Source: the human T2T-CHM13v2.0 reference genome, Homo sapiens
NCBI RefSeq assembly: GCF_009914755.1
Contig: NC_060937.1
Length of the DNA: 64,000 bases
Reading direction: 5' to 3' (one strand)
In this document: piece after piece, positions 1-24,339 of the stretch
Position numbering within the stretch: the first letter of the stretch is position 1
Layout of the letters: every line of letters begins with the position of its first letter
The notes under the pieces: generated by a model
Databases searched by the model: none
Seen by the model: only the letters and a program-made list of their open reading frames with translations
Told to the model about the DNA's origin: nothing
Position numbers and translations under genes: made by a program

Positions 1-59
1 AACAGATGAATGGATTTTTAAAATATAGTATGTATACACAATAGAAACTACTTAGCCTT

Positions 60-398
<339 letters not shown>

Positions 399-744
399 TG
401 ATAACATGGATGAATCTAGAGGACATTGTGTTAATTGGAATAAGGCAGACAGAGACAGGCAAATATTGTATGATCTCACTTAGGTGTGGAATCTAAAAAA
501 GTTGAAGCATGTAAGTAGAGTCAAATGTTGGTTACCAGAGGCTGGGGCGGGCAAGATGTGGGGGAGAGGTGAGGGGAGAAGTTTGTCAAAGGGTCCAAAG
601 TTTCCGTTAGACAGCAGGCATAAGCTCTGGTGTTCTATTGTACAACACAATGACTGTAGTTAATAGGAATGTATTGTATACTCCAAAATGGCGAAAACAC
701 AGGGTTTTAAATGTTCTCACCACAAATAAATAATAAATATTTGA

Positions 745-1040
745 GGCCGGGCGTGGTGGCTCACACCTGTAATCCTAGCCCTTTGGAAGGCTGAGGCAAT
801 TAGATCACCTGAGGTCAGGAGTTCGAGAGCAGCCTGGCCAGCATGGTGAAACCTCGTCTCTACTAAAAATACAAAAATTAGCTGGGCGTGGTGGCACACA
901 CCTGTAATCCCAGCTACTCGGGAGACTGAGGCCATGAGAATCACTTGAATCCAGGAGGCGGAGGTTGCAGTGAACAGAGATCACACCACTGCACTCCAGC
1001 CTGGGCGAAAGAGCAAGACTCCATCTCAAAAAATGATAAT
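745..1040 (+). mobile_element. Alu (AluS-like)
   Basis: GGCCGGGCGTGGTGGCTCA start; TSD AATAAATATTTGA. Confidence 0.93.
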
Positions 1041-1368
1041 AATCATAAATAAATAAATATTTGAGGTGATGGATATACTAATTACCCTGACTTCATCATC
1101 CCACAATGTTTACATGTATTGAAACATCACATTGTACCCCATAAGTAGATACAATTATTATTTGTCAGTTTAAAATAAAACTTTTAAAACCCAACTGAAT
1201 ACTGAAGAAATGAATTGAAGCTATCTGCATAGAGGGTTGTTTTCCTTCGAATCAGCGGATTGGCTTTTTCTTTCATTCTGCTACTTAAAATCTGCCTTTC
1301 CAGGGGCAGGCAGGGCGTAGTCGCGAAGTCAGGCCTAGGGCCTGAGATCAATTTTTTAAAGAAGTGCT

Positions 1369-1387
1369 AGGGCGCCAGCTGCTGGCA
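1369..1387 (-). promoter_or_regulatory. CTCF-like motif (CCAGCAGCTGGCGC)
   Basis: One mismatch to the CCASCAGRKGGCRS core, in a small CpG-containing unique patch. Confidence 0.5.
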
Positions 1388-1980
1388 AGATTACTACAAA
1401 GGCCTAGTGGAAAGGGCTGCCCTTGTGCAGCAACAGCCTATGTAGGAACAGCAAGTTGCATTCCTCCTCGGTGTTAAAAATAGGTAGTTATGTCAGGTAC
1501 AAAACTTGACCCAAACTGAAATAGAATCTGTGGTAAGAATTTGGTTTAATAAGAGTTGATTTTCATTTCTCCTTAAGAGGTTGTACATTTTATGTGGGTT
1601 TTTTTACCACAATAAAAAATAGACAGATATGATAAAAAGAGACAAAATGAGAATTACAAAAAGCTAAGAAAGAAAAGTAAGGAAATACAGAAAATCACAT
1701 AATAGTAGAACCCAACAGTCATCTCAAGGTAAGTGTTAACAGGGGACTGGAGACAGCAAGTTATTAGCTCAAGTTTCAATTTCCTCAGAAAAAATTGGTA
1801 TAAGTTTAGAACCTAATTCATAAGGTAGTTAGGAAGATTAAATGAGATAACACACATCTAGTTCCCTGCACATAACAAGCCCTTCACAGATACACATATT
1901 GGGCAAATATTGACACATTGTAAAGAATAAAAGGCATGTCTGACAATATAGCCAGTATGATTTCATTTACATAAAAAAGA

Positions 1981-3626
1981 TGTGTGTGTGTGTGTATATG
2001 TAACTATGTGTGTGCAGTTATATATATATAAATATATATATTTATATATAAATATATGTTATATATATAAATATATGTTATATATATAAATATATGTTAT
2101 ATATATAAATATATGTTATATATATAAATATATATATTTATATATAAATATATGTTATATATATAAATATATGTTATATATATTTATATATATTTATATA
2201 CATATAAATATATATATTTATATACATATAAATATATATATTTATATACATATAAATATATATATTTATATACATATAAATATATATATTTATATACATA
2301 TAAATATATATATTTATATGCATATAAATATATATATTTATATGCATATAAATATATATATTTATATACATATAAATATATATATTTATATATAAATATA
2401 TGTTATATATATTTATATGCATATAAATATATATTTATATGCATATAAATATATATTTATATGCATATAAATATATATGTATATACATATAAATATATAT
2501 GTATATACATATAAATATATGTATATACATATAAATATATATGTATATACATATAAATATATATGTATATACATATAAATATATATGTATATACATATAT
2601 ATATATGTATATACATATAAATATATATGTATATACATATATATATGTATATACATATATATATATGTATATACATATAAATATATATGTATATACATAT
2701 AAATATATATGTATATACATATATATATATGTATATACATATAAATATATATGTATATACATATAAATATATATGTATGTATATTATATACATATAAATA
2801 TATATATTTATATACATATAAATATATATATTTATATGCATATAAATATATATTTATATACATATAAATATATATATTTATATACATATAAATATATATA
2901 TTTATATACATATAAATATATATTTATATACATATAAATATATATTTATATACATATAAATATATATATTTATATACATATAAATATATATTTATATACA
3001 TATAAATATATATATTTATATACATATAAATATATATTTACATACATATAAATATATATTTACATACATATAAATATATACATTTATATACATATAAATA
3101 TATACATATATACATATAAATATATATTTATATACATATAAATATATATTTATATACATATAAATATATATATTTATATATATTTATATATATATAAATA
3201 TATATATATTTGTATATATATATAAATATATATATATTTATATATATATAAATATATATATATTTATATATATATACATATAAATATATATTTATATACA
3301 TATAAATATATAATTATATACATATAAATATATAATTATATACATATAAATATATATAATTATATACATATAAATATATATTTATATACATATAAATTTA
3401 TATACATATAAATATAAATATTTATATTTATATACATATAAATATATATATTTATATTTATATACATATATATTTATATTTATATGTATATACATATATA
3501 TATTTATATTTATATGTATATACATATATATATTTATATTTATGTATATACATATATATATTTATATTTATATGTATATAAATATATATATTTATATTTA
3601 TATAATATACATACATATATATATAT
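1981..3626. repeat. AT-rich compound minisatellite (~19-24 bp units such as TATATACATATAAATATATATATT)
   Basis: Directly visible; starts with (TG)n and ends at an Alu tail. Confidence 0.97.
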
Positions 3627-4680
<1,054 letters not shown>

Positions 4681-5340
4681 AAAATGATTTGATTTTTAAC
4701 ATCAAGCGTATTTTATGTTTTTACTTGAGTAGGTAAAAAAGTGATTGACTATGTATACTTATTGTATCTTGACTGTATACCCAAATCAGAGTTAAGCATA
4801 CAACTTGGCATAAATCATATCTGCTTTCATACTTCTTAAAATCCTGTTAAGAAGACAGGACATTTACTTAAGAAGATAAATAACAGCATAAGGTAGGCAG
4901 GCTCTACATTGAGATACAGACCAGAAGCCCTTACATTTCAGTGCAGGAAGCCGTCACTCATGGGCTCGGAAACTGGTGAAGACCTGAAGGAGAAGAAAGA
5001 GCTGAAGTCTGGTCAGGAAGCAAGGATGTAACTAGGAAGAGCAGAAGTTGACATTCCAAGGAGAGGAAAACCAGAGGTGGGAATGTTCAAGACACACTCG
5101 CTAGAGGGACAGGCTAAGCAGCCAGTGCTGAGCAATGCTGAGGCCAGGCTGTGGGTGCATGGAGTGCTAGGAAGAGAGTGTGGCTTTTGCTGCTAGACCC
5201 TGGGAACTAGCTGCTAGATCCCAGGAAGCCCTGCAGGCAGCGACATATGCAAATCAGTACTTTAGGAAGATGAACCTGGCAGTGGCTTAGAGAAAACACT
5301 GAATGGTGGAGAGATTGGAGGAAGAGTTAGGTGAGGAAGG

Positions 5341-6796
5341 AGTCACAGGATCCTTGGGGTGTTGCTTTGCCAGCTGGAAACCTTTGTGGCTCGCGATGCC
5401 TTCTGCCTGAGTATTGCTCGCAGCCTCTGGGCTTATTCCACCCACTCAGCCCAGCAGTCTGGCTCAGCTTGCAATATGGGCCCAGATCCCACACCTGCCA
5501 AGGGCGAGCCAGGCGCAGAGCCAGGAGGGGTGCGTGGGTTAGTGACCAAGGGTCCGACCACTGTGTGCAGCCAGGCACGCTGGCTGCTGCAGCGGGGTGG
5601 GCAGCTCCAGGCACTGGCACAGGTGCCAGCTCAGGGTGAGGCTACAGCTGGGTTAGATATAACACATGCCGCTTCTGCTGCAGGCATCCATGTCTGGACA
5701 AGGGGAACACGGTGGCCTGGCAGCTTGGAGACGCCAGGAACCACAGAGCCCCAAAGAGGCTGTCAGAGCCCTGGCTTGGGGAGCTCGAGGTCTGGGCCCC
5801 CTGAAGGGCCACGTCTTCTTCCCTTGTCACCAGGTTGTTACAGTTCTTTCAGTCCCATCATTCAGTGGGTCCGAAGTTCTTGTCCAGTGTCCAGGAAGAA
5901 TGAGGTACTCGCACATGTGGAGGGTGAACAAGGCAGGGAGGAGCTTCACTGAGCAACAGAACAGCTCTCAGGAGACCTGAAGTGGGTAGCTCCCTTCCAC
6001 AGGCAAGTTGTCCTGAGGTCTCTGCAAATCTGGCTGAGTTGTGGGGGTCAGGGAGGTGGGTGCGGGGAGTGGGGAGGTTAATGGGCTTCAGAAAGGGGAA
6101 AGTGCATGCCGATTGTTGGTGCATGGGCCAGCGAAAAAGCACCAGAATTTCTCACTCCCTGCTGGGGACCCCACCCGGAACTGACAGCTTGGCCCCCATG
6201 CTTCGGGCAGTCCCTGGCTTGAAGGTGGGGCTTCACTGGGGACCTGACTCCTTCTGCCCAGGAGCCTATCTGCCTCCCGCTACCATCGATTATGTCATCC
6301 ACGGTGCCTAGACTGTTCCTGCTGAGGGGCACCTGCAGACCCATGCCTAGCCACCCTCAGCCCCGGCTTGGCCTCCCTCCTGTGCTGGTCGGTGTCCAAA
6401 GTCCAGAGGGGGCCAAGGCAGCAGGGGGCTGGCATGTCAGCGCCACCCTAAGTGCGCACACACCTGGCAGGGCGGCGACAGTGGGGGAGCTCAGCCTCAA
6501 CTTTGCTCAAAAATCTGAGTGCCACCAGGAGTGGGAAGAGGCCAGGCAGCAAGAGCAGACACTTGTGAGCAGTGGGGGCAGGAAGGGCTTCCCCGGCCGG
6601 GAGCGCAGGGACGTCTAAGTCTGCAGCCACCGCTAGTCTGGTGGCAGCTGCTCCCAGGAGGGTGGGGCTCCCGCCCTGCCATCTCAAAAGGGGGCGGGGC
6701 TCCCACTAGCTCCACGGAGCGCACAGCCCCTGTGGCTCCCACACTGCAGCTGGCATCTTTGCAGTGGCCACTCCAGATGGGCCGCTGCTGCCATTA
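5341..6796 (-). mobile_element. MER52-type ERV1 solo LTR
   Basis: Minus strand starts TAATGGCAGCAGCGGCCCATCTGGAGTGGCCACTGC and ends CACCCCAAGGATCCTGTGAC, matching MER52 termini as I recall them; GC-rich, ~1.45 kb. Confidence 0.78.
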
Positions 6797-6869
6797 AAAG
6801 GACTGGTAATCTAAGGGAGTTTATGGTGACCTGGTACTAGGCAAAGGATTAAAACTATAAAGGAAGGCA

Positions 6870-7135
6870 CAAATGATGCTATTAGGTCACACTGAGGTGC
6901 CAGGCATTGATCTACATGATGTATATGTTTATGTTCTATATTTCTATATTTCTAAGCTACGTATATATTTAATTCATCTAATTATTCCAGCAACTCTATA
7001 AAAGAGATGCCATTAGTGTCCCATTTTTCAGAAAAGGAAACTGAGGCTAGAGAAGTTGAGTTACTTGCCCCAATGACACAGCTAAGGCCAGGTGAAAAGA
7101 GAATTCCAACCTGGGCTGACCGGTTCCAGATCCCT
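6870..7135 (-). mobile_element. MIR
   Basis: Core CCCATTTT-CAGA..GGAAACTGAGGCTAGAGAAGTTGAGTTACTTGCCCAA. Confidence 0.75.
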
Positions 7136-7290
7136 TGTCCCTCACCACTACATGCAACAGGAGGTGGAGGAGAAAGAAGAGGCAGAATTTGGTGGCACCT
7201 GTCGTGTAAGCGGAGGTGGGCGGGGCGGGGGCACAAACCAAGTTCACAAGCCTACAGGATGGAGGGTGCTAAGCTTCAAAGGACAAAGAG

Positions 7291-7612
7291 GGCTGGTCGC
7301 CATGGCTCACACCTGTAATCCCAGCACTTTAGGAGGCTGAGGCAAGAGGACTGTTTGAGGCCAAGAATTTGTGACCAGCCTGCACAGCATAGCAAGACAC
7401 TATCTCTACAAAAAATTTTAAAAATTAGCTGGGCGTGGTGGCCTGTGCTTGTAGTCCCAGCCACTCAGGAGGCTGAGGTGGGAGGATCGCTTGAGGCCAG
7501 GAGTTTCAGGCTGCAGTGAGCTGTGATCTCACCACTCCACTCCAGCCTGGGAGACAGGGTGAGACCCTGTCACTAAAACATTAAATAAACAAACAAATAA
7601 ATAAAAATAAAA
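7291..7612 (+). mobile_element. AluJ-like element adjoining the FLT3 poly(A) site
   Basis: Alu dimer with (AAAC/AAAT)n tail ending ~10 nt from the predicted cleavage site. Confidence 0.9.
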
Positions 7613-7640
7613 TGAAGGGGACTGTGGGGACAAGAGTAAC

Positions 7641-7646
7641 TTTATT
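7641..7646 (-). terminator. Distal polyadenylation signal AATAAA
   Basis: TTTATT on + strand; U-rich sequence follows on - strand. Confidence 0.85.
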
Positions 7647-7977
7647 GAAAATACTAATCCTCCATGTTACTTCTGACTGGCCCTGAGTCTGGGAAGGCCG
7701 CCAAAGTGTCTAGGTGATGTATTACTCTTTATGGTAGAACACCTATTCATTATAAACTTCCCCCAGTACAACCCCTGTTGTTGCAGAAATCTTAGGCTGT
7801 GACAACCATAGCTGCCTACACATTCCTTGTATCTTGGGGTAAAAGCACACGTGCTCTGGAAGGAATGTGTAGGTGGCTATGGGTGCACAATTTCAGGGGT
7901 TTCGTGAACTCCAGTTAAGACTTGCCCTAATTATACCATGTAAATAATTCAATAATGGGCAATTCTGTAGTAGAAAT

Positions 7978-7983
7978 TTTATT
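7978..7983 (-). terminator. Proximal polyadenylation signal AATAAA
   Basis: TTTATT on +; followed on - by U-rich AUUAUUGAAUUAUUUAC about 25-45 nt downstream. Confidence 0.7.
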
Positions 7984-8400
7984 CCCACCCATAAAATATA
8001 TCACTAAATAGCTGAAAAATTTACATATTATTTTAAAACATAGACTTAAAAAATCATATTAGCTTCTCCTTAGCAAAATGCTTTTGTTTTATGTATTTAC
8101 AAGAATATACTGTACTTCAGGTACACAATTCACTCAAGCCAGCCTGAGAAGGCCTTGGATGCAGATCAATGCTCCAATAAAGTTCATTATCAGCTCCTCC
8201 TGCCTTGTGACAGGATGATTTGATTTTACAAAAGTCCCTTTGAAAACAAGAGTAAACGCAGACAGCTTCTAGAGAAAAGTCTGGTGAAGCAGCAGTTGAT
8301 AATAGATTTTCTTTTAGTGATGAAATTAATCTTGTTTTGGTAATCTACAGCCTGTTAGGGATAGGTGGAGGGATGAAGTCCTTAAAACTAAATTGTTCCT

Positions 8401-8523
8401 CTACGAATCTTCGACCTGAGCCTGCGGAGAGAGTAGCCCCAAATCCATCTCTCTGCTGAAAGGTCGCCTGTTTTGGTAGGTGTGAGGACATTCCGAAACA
8501 CGGCCATCCACATTCTGATACAT
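8401..8523 (-). CDS. FLT3: FLT3 exon 24 coding part (MYQNVDGRVSECPHTYQNRRPFSREMDLGLLSPQAQVEDS*)
   Basis: CAG acceptor at 8524-8526; 123 nt ending in TAG at 8401-8403. Confidence 0.98.
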   Translation of the reverse strand: MYQNVDGRVSECPHTYQNRRPFSREMDLGLLSPQAQVEDS

Positions 8524-8635
8524 CTGAATGTGGGAAAGAGACAGAACACTGATTACCATCTGATGTAGATGCACATGTTATGCGCCCATATTACAAATTA
8601 TTTAAATAAAAACAGTTGTTCTATATAGACAATTA

Positions 8636-13892
<5,257 letters not shown>

Positions 13893-13900
<8 letters not shown>

Positions 13901-14212
13901 TTAGTTTAGTTTAGTTCTGTTCTGTTGAGACAGAGTCTTGCTCTGTCACCCAGGTTAGAGTACAGTGGCATGATCGTGGCTTACTGCAGCCATGACCGCT
14001 CCCCAGACTCAAGCGATCCTCCCACCTCAGCCTCCCTAGCAGCTGGGACCACAGGAATGCACCACCACGCCTGGCTAATTTTCAAATTTTTTTGTAGAGA
14101 TAGGGTTTTACCATGTTGCCCAGACTGGCCTTGAACTCCTGAGCTCAATCTATGTTTGTGCCTCAGCCTCCCAGAGTGCTGGGATTATCAGTGTCAGCCA
14201 CCACGCTTGGCC
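13893..14212 (-). mobile_element. AluJ-like
   Basis: Antisense Alu with (TTTAG/TTCTG) tail. Confidence 0.88.
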
Positions 14213-14981
14213 TCCCTTCTCTTAAAACAAAACAAACTTATTTCCTATAATTTATGGGGCTGAGTAGGAGAGGGGAGGTGATGTTAGTTCAGACCCCTTT
14301 TCTGAAACAGGGGACAAGTATGTGCCCCCTTTTATCAGCCCACAGCCCCTGCCTAGTGTGCTCCCTCAGCGTGCCCATCCTTGCTGCTGCCGCCCCTCTC
14401 AACTGATGTCCTGACATCTCATCTTCTGCCTCGCTTTTCCAAACTTCCTTTTATGCTCTCTTTTTCTTTCTCATTCCAGAAATGTTTGCTGAGCGCCTTC
14501 CACGTGCTAAGCATCATGCTAGCAGCGGGGTCTATAATGATGAACCAAACAGATGTGGTCTCCAACTTGCTTTCATGCTGACTTCATTCATTTACTTAAT
14601 ATCACATGGCAAGCACTACCCCATGGGGTGTAAAGATGAACAGGAAACAGTATTTACCCTTGCTAATGAAGTCTAGTGACGACAGAGAGAGACCCATAAT
14701 ATAAAGTCATCCTACACTAGGATTTGAGTCTCACATGGAGTTACAGCTGAAAGTGTTAATGAGAATTCAGAAGCAGCAGCCTGAAATCTGACTAGGGAAA
14801 TTGGGGGAGGCTTTGCAGAGCACAGAATATTTGATCTGGTTCTTAAAGATTGAAGCATGTTTGTCCATCCTAAAAATCTTCATCGGTTCACCACTGTCTA
14901 AATGCCTAGACAGGTAATCATGTAATCAGTGATCTCCCTGATCTAATCCCATTGGTGTTGAGGTTAGACATAAAAGCCTTA

Positions 14982-15723
<742 letters not shown>

Positions 15724-15967
15724 CTACAAAACCTTTCACAGATATAACAGGGAAGATCACCCTGGGGAAGGTGACAAGGCCAGTTTTCCAACCAAGGGAC
15801 TAGATAGGATTCTGCAGAGTGGGCAGGGCTGCCTGCGTGGCTGTGTGGGTTGTGCCTTGCACCAAACAAAAGTGCCCAGCAGAGCGGGCAAGATGGCTGA
15901 GACCCACGCCAAGCTCTCCTCCTTCAGACTGGCTTAGACTGAGGCAGGCTGCATGAGCCCTAAGTAA

Positions 15968-16480
<513 letters not shown>

Positions 16481-17013
16481 TAACCTGCTTAAAGGAGCTA
16501 CCATTTTCTCTGGGTGCTTCTGACACTGGTCACAGAGGGTCAGGGAACAGAGTGGAAGGAACTGGGAGAAAAAGTTTGTGAACCGTCTGTCCCTAAGCAT
16601 GGATTCTCTCAGCTGATTAATCATGCATGGATATGTTGCCATTCAACGGTTCCTGATACCTGACAGGCCCCCTGAACACAGGAAAGGGGATCTGGACATC
16701 CTGTGAGTATGGGGACAGGAAAGGAGAAGCTCAAACCAAGACCCAAGTGGTCCTGAAGCCTCCATCCTGGCGACACGAGCTTTGCACTTTTTTTTCCCTC
16801 TCTACTCCCCCATTCTCCCTGTATATTAGGCACAGCCATCTACTTGCCACTCTACTTTTTCAACTTTGGACTTTTATTTATATGATTCATTCATCCTGGA
16901 ATATCCTACTCACCCTCTACTCTCCAGCAGACAAGATGCTACTCAGTCCTCACATCCAGCTCACAAGTTCCCCACAAATCCACACCCAACTATGCAATGA
17001 GTAACATCAATCA

Positions 17014-19415
<2,402 letters not shown>

Positions 19416-19527
19416 GAATCCTATACGCTTTGCACTAAGGAGTTTGACTTTTTTTGGTCATGCATTTGGAAGTAGACAGACTGTACCTTTCTGATTTCAA
19501 CCAAATTACAGTCTGACTTGAACTTAC

Positions 19528-19627
19528 ATTTCTTCTGTAGCATAAAATGGCTGATCCATTTTAAATCCATTTTGAATCAGTTTGTAGAAGTTAGCATCAA
19601 CCGGAATGCCAGGGTAAGGATTCACAC
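19528..19627 (-). CDS. FLT3: FLT3 exon 22 (100 nt; VNPYPGIPVDANFYKLIQNGFKMDQPFYATEE)
   Basis: CAG acceptor, GTAAGT donor. Confidence 0.97.
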
Positions 19628-19874
19628 CTGAGGAAAACATTAGACAATTGCAGCCATTCATCCATTTCTTCATTTGTTTATTGATTCATTCAATTAAACA
19701 CGTATTGAGATCTGCCATGTGCCAGACACTGTTGCAGGCACACGGGCTGCGGCTGGGAAAAAGAAGTCACGGTTCACGCTCTCAAGCAGGTTATAGACCA
19801 GTGAGGAAGACAGGCTAAAGGACACCAGCAAATAAACATAAAGTCATGGGCTGCAATACAAGTAAGACCCATCA

Positions 19875-20141
<267 letters not shown>

Positions 20142-20610
20142 TTAAGATGAAATGCATCATCTTCCTAAGACCACTCTTAATGCCTTATTGAGAAAATCAC
20201 ATTCCTCACGTGAAAGGTTTTCACTTTCAAATTAACATTCTAATAATACTAGCCTAAAACATAAGGCATATTTCTTTACAACTCCTCTCGAACAAAGGCT
20301 TGTGCTTGGAATGGGTAAGTTTAACTTGCCATCTTTCCACTGGAAAGAGGTACTTTCCATTAAGGAATAGCCAGTCAGTTGCCTAGGGGTAAGTGGGTAC
20401 TAGTGAATTAGTGAGATCTTCTGTTACAGCATTTCTGGGAAGACCTTTAGTGGAAATGTCATCCACAATAATGTCGGGAGGGGAGCCCACGCCATCACTT
20501 CCAGAAATGATACCAGTCTGGCTTCTGTGGCTTTAATAATTTCCACTAGCATGAAAGGGAGTTTTGACTTAGTATAGTCTCAGACTAGAATCAAGACACA
20601 AGATGGGTAG

Positions 20611-22333
<1,723 letters not shown>

Positions 22334-22836
22334 AATTCACTCATGTTTTAGATCTTCCTGTGTTAACAGTAAAAGGATGATAAATATTCATTAATTCATA
22401 TTTAAGTATTTAGCTTTAACATTTTATAGGTATGTGCTATATATGTTTTAAAGTGCTTTATTGTGACTATTAGCTTTTCACATAATTGAAAACATAACTC
22501 AATCATCACTTTATAGCTAGGATAACTGAACTAAGTGCAAGTATTGAGATTTTGGGTTTTTTAAAGTGAGGATTGCACTCAAAGGCCCCTAACTGATCTA
22601 CTCTGACTAGCTAGCCCAAGGACAGATGTGATGCTATTTTGCTCAGCTTTTATTATAGATGGAAGATTCCCTGAAGCTGCAGAAAAACCTTTTAAGCATA
22701 AGTAAGCAGACTGCTGTGAGGGTTTTTTGATGTTACCATAAATCAAAAATGCACCACAGTGAGTGCAGTTGTTTACCATGATAACGACACAACACAAAAT
22801 AGCCGTATAAAAATAAGTAGGAAATAGCAGCCTCAC

Positions 22837-22959
22837 ATTGCCCCTGACAACATAGTTGGAATCACTCATGATATCTCGAGCCAATCCAAAGTCACATATC
22901 TTCACCACTTTCCCGTGGGTGACAAGCACGTTCCTGGCGGCCAGGTCTCTGTGAACACA
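22837..22959 (-). CDS. FLT3: FLT3 exon 20 (123 nt; [41 protein letters not shown])
   Basis: Catalytic loop, DFG and activation loop; intact GATATC (D835/I836) at 22870-22875. Confidence 0.98.
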
Positions 22960-23320
22960 CTGTCAAGAATGACACCAGAGTGTTATTTACTGTGATGTGT
23001 ATTATCCTGGAGTGCAATCTTTCTTCTAGACTCAACTTCAGTAGGAGGTACCGGTGATGGAAGGCCTCTTATCTTTACTGGGCTGTGCCGTGAGCGGCCA
23101 TGATGATGTGCAACAAACAAAGTGAATATAGGAGACCTAATTCTGCAGCTATGGTGGCTGCAGTTCTTTGTGCGGCTTCTGAAGCATCCCCAGAGGCCAA
23201 AGAGGAGCAGATCTTTTGCAGATTCCGAGCAAAAGTGAGAGGCTCCCCAACAGGGGCCCTCCCCTGAGCCTTCAGAGGGAATCTCAGAGCTGTCCTCCAG
23301 TACTCTTATTGTGGGTGTGA

Positions 23321-23650
<330 letters not shown>

Positions 23651-24339
23651 TGACTGGAAAATAGCTTTAGGAATAAATGGAGTAATATCGAGGGAAATAA
23701 TCGGAAAAACAAAAAGCTAAAAATGAGTTTGGAGAGGTTTACTGAACTGGAATTAGAAGGAGTCCCTGAGCTGAGAGATGTCGTGATGTTAATCAAAGGG
23801 GTCTGACAAGAAAATGAACTTTACAAAGGAAGATCTGAAGGGGAACAGGGCACTAGTAGCAAAGGTCCAATGTACACTCTTTCATCTTTAAAAAATAAAA
23901 AGCAGCACCATGAACACTGGCAGCCCTGTGCCACAGCCCCTCTAGAGCTCCCTCCTCCATACCCAGTTTTTTCAGTGCCATCTACCTGCACTTTGCCCAC
24001 TTTACCCCAGGTCTGCAACCTGCCTCCTCCTCCTGCCTGTCTGCCCAAGCTGCTCTGGCCGAGGCCTGCACTGACTGGCTTGGCACCCACACAGTCTCGA
24101 TCTGACGGGACCTCCCTGTGGTGTCTGCTGCTGTTGGCCAGCCCCTCCCGCTTCTGGTCCTCCCTCTGGGAACCCTGCGCATGGTTCACTCCTGCTTTCT
24201 CCCCACTGCTCTGCCGGCTCCTGTCTCCCTCAGGGGCTTTGTGCACGAGCCTACTCTCACTCCTGAGGGCTGCATCCTCACAACCCACACCCTCACCCAA
24301 GCCATTTCATCCAAACCTAGGGATGCAACCACCATTGCC

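Larger units (their letters stand above)
7623..8400 (-). other. FLT3: FLT3 3' UTR
   Basis: Runs from the stop codon to ~20 nt past the distal AATAAA; cleavage site approximate. Confidence 0.85.

Noticed and set aside
5327-6797. ORFs up to 197 aa on both strands
   Set aside because: GC-rich LTR sequence is poor in stop codons; no gag/pol/env motifs.
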